The notes beneath the pieces are model-generated. The model was not told where the DNA came from and made no database searches. It worked only from the letters and a program-made list of their open reading frames with translations. DNA of 64,000 bases from a bacterium (GTDB lineage Bacteria; UBA8248): assembly GCA_965213685.1 (NCBI GenBank), contig CBDBZY010000031.1, positions 224,001 through 288,000 of the forward strand. The letters are read 5' to 3'. Position numbers and translations under genes: made by a program. Below, one piece after another: positions 1-8,421 of this stretch. The first letter of the stretch is position 1. Every line of letters starts with the position of its first letter.

Positions 1-1323
1 GGCAACTTCTTCATCGAAATGCCGATGGCACTCGCCGGCCGGAGGGTGGGCGGACCCGCCAAGGTGGCGGTCATCGCCTCCGCCATTTTCGGCTCGATCT
101 CGGGCAGTAGCATCGCGAACATCGTCTCGACGGGCACCTTCACCATCCCCCTCATGAAAAAAGTGGGCTTCCGGCCCCACGTGGCCGGCGCGGTGGAAAA
201 CAGCGCCTCCCTGGGCGGGCAACTCCTGCCGCCCGTCATGGGATCGGGCGCATTCGTGATGGCGGAGATAACAGGGGTGCCCTACGTCCGCATCATGGCC
301 ATCGCCGCCGTGCCCGCGCTGTTGTATCTGCTCTCGATCATCGCCATCGTCCACTTTGAAGCGAAGCGACACGGCGTTCAGGGAATCCCCGAGGAGGAGC
401 TCTCCAGTCCCGGGGAGGTCTTCGCAGCCGGCTGGTTCCACCTGCTGCCGCTCGCGATTCTCCTGGCGTTTCTCATCGCGGGCTACTCGCCGGACTGGTG
501 CGCCGTCATGGCCATCTTCTCCATCCTGGCGATTAACTGGATGCGCATGTTGCTGGCGCGCCTCTTCCCGGCTCGGCATCGTCCCCCGCGTGAACGGATG
601 GACGCGCGCGGCATCCTCGACGCCATGCTGGAGGGGGCGCGAAACTCTCTGCTCGTCGGCTCGGCCGCCGCCGCGGTGGGGATCATCGTCGGAATGGTGG
701 CGCTCACGGGCCTCGGCCTCAAGATGAGCTACCTGCTCGTGGCCCTCTCGGGCGGAAGCCTCCTACTCGCCCTGTTCCTGGTGGCGGCGGCCTCTCTCGT
801 CCTGGGCATGGCGCTGCCCATCACCGCCTCCTATCTCGTCCTGGCCGTCCTCGCGGGGCCCGCTCTCGAGAGCTTCGGCCTTCCCCTCATCGCCGCACAC
901 ATGATCGTCTTCTGGCTAAGCCAGGACTCGAACATCACGCCGCCGGTATGCCTGGGCGCCTACGTCGCCGCCTCCATCGCCGGGTCCGACCCCTGGAAAA
1001 CGGGCTGGACGAGTTTCCGGTTCGCCAAGATGCTCTACGTCATGCCGCTTCTGTTCGCCTATACGCCCATCCTGCTGGGCGGCTCGGCGCAACGCACGAT
1101 CTGGACGATGGGCGCGGCGCTGTTCGGCACCGTTGCGTTTTCCGCCTGGACGATGGGCTACCTGCGCAGAAAAACCTCTCTCGCCGAATGGCTCCTGCTA
1201 GGCGTCGCCGCCCTGTTCTGCTTTCTGCCGGCGACGCTCGCACTGCCCGGGGGCTTCTCCGCCCATGTCGTCAACGCGGCGGGGGCGGGGCTTCTGGTCT
1301 GGATATACGCCCGGCAAAAATGA
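1..1323 (+). CDS. TRAP transporter fused permease (4TM/12TM DctM-type), 5' end outside window
   Basis: Frame open from position 1. GGPAKVAVIAS, GSISGSSIAN, GGQLLPPVMG and SNITPPVC motifs of fused TRAP permeases; many hydrophobic segments. Confidence 0.9.
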   Translation, partial: GNFFIEMPMALAGRRVGGPAKVAVIASAIFGSISGSSIANIVSTGTFTIPLMKKVGFRPHVAGAVENSASLGGQLLPPVMGSGAFVMAEITGVPYVRIMAIAAVPALLYLLSIIAIVHFEAKRHGVQGIPEEELSSPGEVFAAGWFHLLPLAILLAFLIAGYSPDWCAVMAIFSILAINWMRMLLARLFPARHRPPRERMDARGILDAMLEGARNSLLVGSAAAAVGIIVGMVALTGLGLKMSYLLVALSGGSLLLALFLVAAASLVLGMALPITASYLVLAVLAGPALESFGLPLIAAHMIVFWLSQDSNITPPVCLGAYVAASIAGSDPWKTGWTSFRFAKMLYVMPLLFAYTPILLGGSAQRTIWTMGAALFGTVAFSAWTMGYLRRKTSLAEWLLLGVAALFCFLPATLALPGGFSAHVVNAAGAGLLVWIYARQK

Positions 1324-1358
1324 CGCCGGGCGAAACGCGGGAGCATCCGGCGCCGCCC

Positions 1359-2264
1359 TCACCAGCCGTGCGGCTCATCCTCCAGAATCCCGAGCGCGGC
1401 CAGCGTCCTCTCCGCGTGGGCCCTGGCGGTGGTGCCCAAGGGCGGGATGGGCTTTCGCGTCCCGCCCACCGGACGGCCCATGAGCGCCATCGCGTATTTC
1501 ACGGTCGCCGGGTAGTTCGTCTGCAACAACTCCAGGAGCACGCCCATCTTGTATTGCAGCGGACGCGCCTTCTCGTAATCTCCCGAGGCGCAGGCCTCGA
1601 ACAGGGAGAGAACCAGCCGGGGGGCGACCTCCCCGCAGTTGGAAAACGCACCCGCCCCGCCGACGGGGATCGACGTGAGGAGCCACTCTATTCCGGTGAA
1701 CACGGAAAAATCCGCCCGCGCGCGGGAGGCGATGCGGCACGCGCCCGTAAAATAGTTCATGTCGAAGCTGGCGTCCTTGAGGGCGCACAGGTTCGGCATC
1801 CTTTCCAGCATCTCCTCCAGCATGTCGTGGGCGATGGCCGTCTGCGTCCTCCCGGGGTTGTTGTAGGCTATCACCGCCGCATCCACGCATCCGCCGACCG
1901 TCAGGAAATGATCCAGATGGGCCGCCGGCTCGGGTGCCCAATGGTAGGGCGACAGGACGACGATTCCCTGTGCCCCCACCGCCTCGCCATGCCGCGCGAG
2001 GTCGACGCAGTTGTCCGTCCCCGGGGCGCTCGCGTTCACGAACACGGGGACGCGGCCGGCGGCGGCGTCCACCAGGCACCTCGCCAGCTCCCTGCGCTCG
2101 CGCTCGCTCAGATTGAGAGACTCCCCGATGTGCATGGGATGGGCGATGAAGGGAAACCCCTGCTCGACGAGAAAGTTCACCTGTCGCCCGAAAGCGTCGT
2201 AATCGACGCCGCCGGCCGGCCCGAAGGCCGTGGCGGGCGCACCCATCATCCCCCTGAGTTTCAA
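1359..2264 (-). CDS. Dihydrodipicolinate synthase / NAL-family aldolase-lyase (not canonical DapA)
   Basis: 301 aa; AYNNP (relay Tyr) and LKDAS (Schiff-base Lys); AAGRVPV; TTG start after GAGGGGGAG. Confidence 0.85.
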   Translation of the reverse strand: MKLRGMMGAPATAFGPAGGVDYDAFGRQVNFLVEQGFPFIAHPMHIGESLNLSERERRELARCLVDAAAGRVPVFVNASAPGTDNCVDLARHGEAVGAQGIVVLSPYHWAPEPAAHLDHFLTVGGCVDAAVIAYNNPGRTQTAIAHDMLEEMLERMPNLCALKDASFDMNYFTGACRIASRARADFSVFTGIEWLLTSIPVGGAGAFSNCGEVAPRLVLSLFEACASGDYEKARPLQYKMGVLLELLQTNYPATVKYAMALMGRPVGGTRKPIPPLGTTARAHAERTLAALGILEDEPHGW

Positions 2265-2352
2265 CGGCTCTCCCCCTCATGCCCAGTCGCCGACGCCGCG
2301 CCCGGAACGCCTCCCCTCCCGAAGAGGACTCGCTTTTGTCTAGACCGGCTGT

Positions 2353-4113
2353 CTAGACCGACAGCTTCTCCATGCTTCCGAGTCTTCTGAAAATGATCGT
2401 GCCCACCAGGAGCAGAATCGTCTGAACGAGTGCGAACGCCGCCACGACGCCCAACGCCTCGTTTTCCTGCAAGATGTAGAGTGCCACCGCCATGGGCGCG
2501 CTGTCTTCCGTCGCCAGCAGCACGGACACCGGCAGTTCCCTGATGAACATGATGAACAGCATCAGATAGGCCGCAAAAATACCCGGCTTCAACAGCGGCA
2601 CCGTGATTTTCCGTATCGTCGCAACGAACGAGGAGCCGCAGATTCTCGCGCTCTCCTCGAGCTCGGAGCTCAACGACTGCAGCACCGAGGAGATCGTTCT
2701 GAGGCCATAGGGCAGATAGCGCGTCATATACGCCATCATCAGCAAGAGCATGGGGAATCCGTAGAGCGGCGTTTTGATCCATGTGATAAGAAAGGCCATG
2801 CCCATGATGAGGCCCGGCACGCCGATGGGCAGGGTGCTCAGGTAATCGACCACGCCGCTCAATTTCCTGTTCCTGCCCCGGAGGATCACCATGGACAGGA
2901 ACGTGCAGAGGACCACCGTGAGGAATCCTCCCGCCAGCCCCAGGAGAAGACTGTTCTTGGTCGCTCGAATGGCGTATTCGTATTCGAACAACACGTAGGC
3001 CCAGTTGTAGATGGAAAGCTGGCTCCACCGGAATCCGCCCAGCCAAGCGCGGTTGAACGACGCCAACAGGAGTGCTCCCAGCGGGAGGATGACCGCCAGA
3101 AGGACATATACGACATTGATGCCGAGGGCGAGATATTTCCAGTTTCCCAGGGAGACGCGGCTCGGGCGGTAGCCTTTCCCCGTCACGGTCACGTAGCTTC
3201 TCGGGGCTATGATCTTTCTCTGGACGTAGAGCCCCAGGGCGGTGAACGCCATCAAGACGCTTCCCAGGGCGGCCGCCCCGCCGATGTCCATGGGGTATTC
3301 TTCCATCTTCGTATAAATGATCGTCGAGAGCGTCGATATTCTCGCAATCGGGCCCAGCAGGCTGGGCACCCCGAACACGCCCATGCTCACCACGAAAACG
3401 ATGATCGTTCCGGAGAGCATGGCGGGCGTCGAGAGCGGAATCGTTACCCTCAGGGCGGTGCGCAAGACTCCGGTTCCGCAAACCCGCGCGGATTCCTCGA
3501 GGGCGGGGTCCATGCGATTCAGCGAGCCTATCGTAAAAAGATACATGTAGGGCGTATAGAACAGCGCCAGCACCATGATGATTCCGCCCATCGAATAGAT
3601 GTTGAACGGCGGTGCCGACAACCCGAAGATGTCGATCATCCAGCGATTCAGTATGCCCGTCCTCGGGGCGGCCAACGCCCACCAGGCGACGGCGCCCAAA
3701 AAAGAAGACAGGAAAAAGGGAATCAGGGTCAGCGCCTCCAAAACCCCCCTGAAGGGCATATCGGTGCGCGCATGAAACCAGGCGAGCGAAACGCCCGTCA
3801 GGCAGGAGAAAACAGACGTTCCCAACGCGATGAGCAAGGTGTTCAGCGAAGCGTCGATCACCTCGGCGGTGGTGAACGTATTGGTGAAGTTCGTCAGCGT
3901 GAAGAGGGATTCCCCGGCTTCGGGGTGGGTAACGAACGCGCTGTACAAGAACACGGATACCGGCACGATGGCGAGAATGGTGAGCAGGCCCAGCGAGCTG
4001 AGCTTCAGCGTATTCTCGGAATTGAAAAACCGCCCCAGAGGAGCGGAGGCCGAGGCGGCCAGCTTTCCGCCAGCGTCCCCGGCCTCCCGTTCCGCTTTGG
4101 ATACCCTGCTCAA
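2353..4113 (-). CDS. ABC transporter permease, FbpB/AfuB-type with two fused permease domains
   Basis: 586 aa with two EAA-like loops (LEESARVCG, LEESARICG). Confidence 0.9.
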   Translation of the reverse strand: MSRVSKAEREAGDAGGKLAASASAPLGRFFNSENTLKLSSLGLLTILAIVPVSVFLYSAFVTHPEAGESLFTLTNFTNTFTTAEVIDASLNTLLIALGTSVFSCLTGVSLAWFHARTDMPFRGVLEALTLIPFFLSSFLGAVAWWALAAPRTGILNRWMIDIFGLSAPPFNIYSMGGIIMVLALFYTPYMYLFTIGSLNRMDPALEESARVCGTGVLRTALRVTIPLSTPAMLSGTIIVFVVSMGVFGVPSLLGPIARISTLSTIIYTKMEEYPMDIGGAAALGSVLMAFTALGLYVQRKIIAPRSYVTVTGKGYRPSRVSLGNWKYLALGINVVYVLLAVILPLGALLLASFNRAWLGGFRWSQLSIYNWAYVLFEYEYAIRATKNSLLLGLAGGFLTVVLCTFLSMVILRGRNRKLSGVVDYLSTLPIGVPGLIMGMAFLITWIKTPLYGFPMLLLMMAYMTRYLPYGLRTISSVLQSLSSELEESARICGSSFVATIRKITVPLLKPGIFAAYLMLFIMFIRELPVSVLLATEDSAPMAVALYILQENEALGVVAAFALVQTILLLVGTIIFRRLGSMEKLSV

Positions 4114-4142
4114 TTCCCGGCACCTCAGGCGCTTCTAGATCG

Positions 4143-5285
4143 TTATCTTTTCGTTCCCGACCCGAACACCTCGATGAATTCCGCTTTCCACTTCTTCACG
4201 TCCGCCGGCGTCACCTTGCTCCAGTCGGTCGGGATGACGTTGATCTTGTCGATGGGAGGCGCGATGCCGTCTTTCGCCAGGATGAGCTTGTTGATCTGCG
4301 GATCCTTGTGCGGCGGAAGCGGCCTGCCGGAATTCAGCGGATTATAATTGAGGAGCATGTGATGCCCGCGCACGCTCCGCCAGTAATCGACGAAAAGTTT
4401 CGCCATGTTGGGATGCTTCGCCTTCGCCATGATCACGGAGCCGATGGGAAGCGCCACCACCCCCTCTTTGGGGTAGATGGGGTCCATCCGCACGCCGGCC
4501 TTCTTCGCAATCCAGTTGTGCCTGGCCATGATCGTCGTTCCGAGCCAGTACTCCCCCGCCATGATGGAGCGCCGCTGTGCCGACCCTCTCGCCATGACGC
4601 CCGCCTTCTCGCTGCTCAGTTTCAGGAAATAACTCTTCGGCAAACGCTCGCGAAGGCCCTTGTACCAAAGCGTATACGTCTCGGACGGCCTCGCGTCGCC
4701 GACCAGCACCTTTCCCCGGAACTCCGGCCTCAGCAAGTCATACCAACTGGTCAGCTTGACGTCGCCCGCCAAGTCCCGATTGACGGCCATGGTGTTGATT
4801 TGCGCATCGGCCACCCAATAGCCGCCGCCGTTCATGTTCGCCTTCTCCGCCAGATTGTAATACTTGTCCTCCGGCGAGACGTATTTCATCAGGTTTCCGC
4901 GACGCTTCATCGAGTGCAGCCAGGAGGCGGCCGCCAGCACGACCACGTCGACGGAGAGCTTGTTGGCCTTGATTTCCTGCTCGAAACGCTTGATGAGCGT
5001 CCCGGAGCGCCTGTTGGCGAAACGGAATCTCACCTTCGGCAGTCCGTAGAGTTTTTTGAAGTCCTTCTCCATCGCCTTGGCCGCTTTTACGGGCGCAAGG
5101 TTCGTGGCCCAGGAAAAGGCCCCCTCTTTTCTGGCGCCCCGAATCAGCTTCTCGACGCGGGCTTTCTCCGCACCCTTCAACCCTTTCAAGATGGGCACCT
5201 CCGCGGCGTGGGCGGCCCCGCCCAGTGCGAACGCGCCTGCCAGCAACCCTGCCGTTACCCACAAGAAACTCGCCCTTTTTTTCAT
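4143..5285 (-). CDS. ABC transporter periplasmic substrate-binding protein (Fbp/Afu/thiamine-like cluster)
   Basis: Start placed at ATG 5285 (MKKRASFLW...AAHA signal peptide) after GGGGAGAAGG; YPKEG and AKHPNMAKLFVDY motifs. Confidence 0.85.
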   Translation of the reverse strand: MKKRASFLWVTAGLLAGAFALGGAAHAAEVPILKGLKGAEKARVEKLIRGARKEGAFSWATNLAPVKAAKAMEKDFKKLYGLPKVRFRFANRRSGTLIKRFEQEIKANKLSVDVVVLAAASWLHSMKRRGNLMKYVSPEDKYYNLAEKANMNGGGYWVADAQINTMAVNRDLAGDVKLTSWYDLLRPEFRGKVLVGDARPSETYTLWYKGLRERLPKSYFLKLSSEKAGVMARGSAQRRSIMAGEYWLGTTIMARHNWIAKKAGVRMDPIYPKEGVVALPIGSVIMAKAKHPNMAKLFVDYWRSVRGHHMLLNYNPLNSGRPLPPHKDPQINKLILAKDGIAPPIDKINVIPTDWSKVTPADVKKWKAEFIEVFGSGTKR

Positions 5286-5362
5286 ACGCCCTTCTCCCCA
5301 TAGAATACGTCTGGAAAAAACCGGCTCCGGCGGGGGAGGCGCATGCGGCGCGCCCCTCCCCT

Positions 5363-6457
5363 CTAATCGCTCAATACCACGCACCTCGAAGGAGATATGG
5401 TCATGGTGACGGGATGACCCATCCGAATCTCCGCATCGCCGCGAACGTGCACCCTCAACTCCAGGCTGCCCGATTGGATCAGGCAATCCCAGGATTGCCC
5501 CAGATAAACGGCGTCGCTCACCCGGCCCCTGAGAACGTTCGTATCGTTCGACCCATCCTCCGCGAATTCGATGTATTCCGGCCGCACGGTGACCAGCAGA
5601 TCGGAACCGACCGGAATCTCGCGCTCGATTCCCTTCGCGCACAGGATTTTCGATTCCAGGGACGGCACCTCCACCCAAAGCCCCTCGCCGCCCTCCCTTT
5701 CGCCGGCCTTGCCTTCGAGGATGTTCGTCACGCCGATGAAATCGGCGACGAAACTGTTGGCCGGCTCGTTGTATGTGGCGTGCGGGTCCCCTTCCTGTTG
5801 TATCCTTCCATCCTTCATGACGATGATCCGGTCGCTCATCACCATGGCTTCGGCCTGATCGTGGGTCACGTAAATCGCCGTCAACTTGAGTTCCTTGATC
5901 AAGCCCGCCAACTCGACCCGCATGCGTTCGCGCAACTTCGCGTCGAGGTTGCTCAGCGGCTCGTCGAAAAGAAGAACGCGGGGGTTGTAGGCCAACGCGC
6001 GGGCAAGGGACACCCTCTGCTGCTGGCCGCCGGAGAGTTTGGTGGCGTTTCTCCCGCCCAGGCCGCTCAGGCCGACGAGTTCGAGGGCCTTGTCGACCTT
6101 TGCGCTCACCTCTGCGCGATTCGCCCCCTGGGCCTGGATGCCATAAGCCACGTTCTCGGAGACCGACATGTGGGGCCATATCGCATACGACTGAAACACC
6201 ATGCCGAGCCGCCGCTTCTCGGGCGGAAGGCAAACGCCCTCGCGGCTCGAAGTGAATACCTCGTTCGCGATGAGAATATCTCCCTCATCAGGCGTCTCGA
6301 GCCCCGCGATGCAGCGCAGCGTCGTCGTCTTCCCGCATCCGCTGGGGCCCAGCAGGGTCACGAACTCCCCCTCGCCCACGGTAAAGCTGACGCGATCCAC
6401 CGCCAGGGTCTCGGAACCGAAGCGTTTCACCAAGTTCTTGACGACCACTTCCGCCAT
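5363..6457 (-). CDS. ABC transporter ATP-binding protein (FbpC/PotA-type with TOBE domain)
   Basis: [29 protein letters not shown]. Confidence 0.95.
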   Translation of the reverse strand: MAEVVVKNLVKRFGSETLAVDRVSFTVGEGEFVTLLGPSGCGKTTTLRCIAGLETPDEGDILIANEVFTSSREGVCLPPEKRRLGMVFQSYAIWPHMSVSENVAYGIQAQGANRAEVSAKVDKALELVGLSGLGGRNATKLSGGQQQRVSLARALAYNPRVLLFDEPLSNLDAKLRERMRVELAGLIKELKLTAIYVTHDQAEAMVMSDRIIVMKDGRIQQEGDPHATYNEPANSFVADFIGVTNILEGKAGEREGGEGLWVEVPSLESKILCAKGIEREIPVGSDLLVTVRPEYIEFAEDGSNDTNVLRGRVSDAVYLGQSWDCLIQSGSLELRVHVRGDAEIRMGHPVTMTISPSRCVVLSD

Positions 6458-6580
6458 GTCAAAACCCCGCCATGCGCGTGCCGTTCATGTAAGGATACGC
6501 CTCCATGATACCGCCATATACGCCAGGCGGGAAAGCTCCGCCGCCCTCCCATCCGCGGAATGGCCCATCGGCGCGTTCGG

Positions 6581-8257
6581 CTAGGCGCGTTCGTGCGGTG
6601 TGAGATGAAACCCCTCGTATCCCGCCTCGACGATTTCCGCGCACCTTCTCGCATAGACGTCGAAGCCCGCGATGTAGGGCATGAACACCCGGGGCTTGCC
6701 GGGTATGTTCGCCCCCAGATACCACGAGGCGCAGCGGTAGCGCAGCGTTTTCGCGGCCTCCTCGTTGTTGTGCGCCACCCAGGCGTCCTCCGCCTCCGCG
6801 GACGCCTCGATGCCCGCCAGGCCCCGCGCGCGCAAGAAAGCGAGGCACGCGCCGATCCACTCGACGTGATGGTCTATGGAGGTTTGCATGTTCGTCAGCA
6901 CCGAGGGGCTTCCGGGACCCGTGATGGTGAACAGGTTCGGGAACCCCGCCGTCATGAGGCCCAGATAGGTGCGGGGGCCCTCCCTCCATTTGTCCCGCAA
7001 GGTCTGTCCGGCGCGGCCCCGGATGTCCATTTTCAGCAGCGCCCCCGTCATGGCGTCAAACCCCGTGGCCAGGATGAGCACGTCCACCTCGTGCAGCACC
7101 CCCGCCGCCGCCACCCCTCCCGGCGCTATCCGCTCGATGGGGGAGCCGCTCACGTCGATCAGGCGGACGTTCGGGCGGTTGTAGGTTTCGTAATATCCCG
7201 TGTCCACGCAAAGGCGCTTGCATCCCAGCACCGTGTCGGGGCAAAGCAGCTCCGCGGTCTTCGGGTCGTTCACGATTTGCCGAATCTTGTTGCGGACGAA
7301 CTCGCCCGCCGTCCGGTTCGCCTCCGCACTGAAGGGCAAATCCGTGAAGGCGGCGAGGAAGGGCAGTCCCCCGTGTGCCCAGCGTCTTTCATATTCGCGC
7401 TCGCGTTCCGCCTCGTCAACCTCCAGGGCCGCCTTGTCGTTGTACGTCTGGTAGAAGCCCGCGGGCAGCCGCCGGGCCCTCTCGCGCATCTGCGCGTAAT
7501 CCGCCTTCACCTCGCGCAGCCGCCCGGCGTCCAGCGGGCCGTTGTGCGCCGGCACCGCATAGTTCGGCGTCCTCTGGAACACGAGCAGCCGCGCCGCCTG
7601 GCGCGCGATGACCGGGATGGCCTGGATGGCCGACGAACCCGTGCCGATGATCCCCACCCGCCGGCCCGAGAAGTCCACCTCCTCGTGGGGCCAGAGGCCG
7701 GTGTGCAAAACGGGGCCCTCAAAGGCGTCGAGACCCTCGAAGGCGGGCAGGTTGGGGGAGGAGAGGCACCCGGTGGCCATCACGCAGAAGGTCGCCGAAA
7801 CCCGCGCGCCCCCCTCGGTCTCGACGACCCAGTGGCCCGCCTCCTCGTCAAAGACGGCGGAGGCGACGCGCGCGCGGAAAACGATGTCGCGCCGCAAGTC
7901 GAAGCGCTCGGCCACGTGGCGGACGTAGCGCAGAATTTCCGGCTGGCTCGCGTAGCGCTCGCTCCAGTCCCATTCCTGCTGGAGTTCGTCGGAGAACTGG
8001 TAGGAATACTGGACGCTCTCCGTGTCGCAGCGCGCCCCCGGGTAGCGGTTCCAGTACCAGGTGCCGCCCACGTCGCCCCCCGCCTCGTAGATGCGCGCCG
8101 AGAAGCCCAGCGACCGCAGCCGGTAGAGCATGAAAAGACCGGAGAAACCGGCGCCCACGATGAGGACGTCGAGGTCCGCGCGCGCATCGTCCTTCAAGTC
8201 GGGGTTCCTTTCGCGGCGTTCGTTTTTTCGGGTGGCGTTTTTGCTCCGGGGAATCAT
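6581..8257 (-). CDS. Type I Baeyer-Villiger monooxygenase (cyclohexanone/phenylacetone monooxygenase family)
   Basis: GAGFSG, GGTWYWNRYPGARCD, BVMO fingerprint FEGPVLHTGLWP, GTGSSA, SWYLGANIPGK. Start placed at ATG 8257 (uncertain). Confidence 0.92.
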   Translation of the reverse strand: MIPRSKNATRKNERRERNPDLKDDARADLDVLIVGAGFSGLFMLYRLRSLGFSARIYEAGGDVGGTWYWNRYPGARCDTESVQYSYQFSDELQQEWDWSERYASQPEILRYVRHVAERFDLRRDIVFRARVASAVFDEEAGHWVVETEGGARVSATFCVMATGCLSSPNLPAFEGLDAFEGPVLHTGLWPHEEVDFSGRRVGIIGTGSSAIQAIPVIARQAARLLVFQRTPNYAVPAHNGPLDAGRLREVKADYAQMRERARRLPAGFYQTYNDKAALEVDEAEREREYERRWAHGGLPFLAAFTDLPFSAEANRTAGEFVRNKIRQIVNDPKTAELLCPDTVLGCKRLCVDTGYYETYNRPNVRLIDVSGSPIERIAPGGVAAAGVLHEVDVLILATGFDAMTGALLKMDIRGRAGQTLRDKWREGPRTYLGLMTAGFPNLFTITGPGSPSVLTNMQTSIDHHVEWIGACLAFLRARGLAGIEASAEAEDAWVAHNNEEAAKTLRYRCASWYLGANIPGKPRVFMPYIAGFDVYARRCAEIVEAGYEGFHLTPHERA

Positions 8258-8421
8258 CGCATATTTTCGGGCGTCTTGCGATGGACGCCGCCGCCCCCGC
8301 CCGCTCCCTGCGTTCGCCGTTGCGAAAACGGGACATCCCCCATAGGATGCGGGAGCCGCCCGGACACAGCGGCCCGCCGCCCCGGCGGGCGGAAACAGGA
8401 GCGGAAGCGAAAGGATACGCC

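Noticed and set aside
4143-6233. Apparent N-terminal extensions or fusions in track ORFs (696-aa binding protein, 498-aa UreD, 488-aa UreE, 714-aa UreC, 771-aa MetE2, 330-aa PhoU)
   Set aside because: The extensions run off-frame through upstream genes; better internal starts with ribosome sites or stop-start overlaps exist.
6491-8421. 11-bp direct repeat AAGGATACGCC flanking the BVMO gene (6491 and 8411)
   Set aside because: One copy is the amidase ribosome site; no mobility gene or terminal inverted repeats; compatible with chance.
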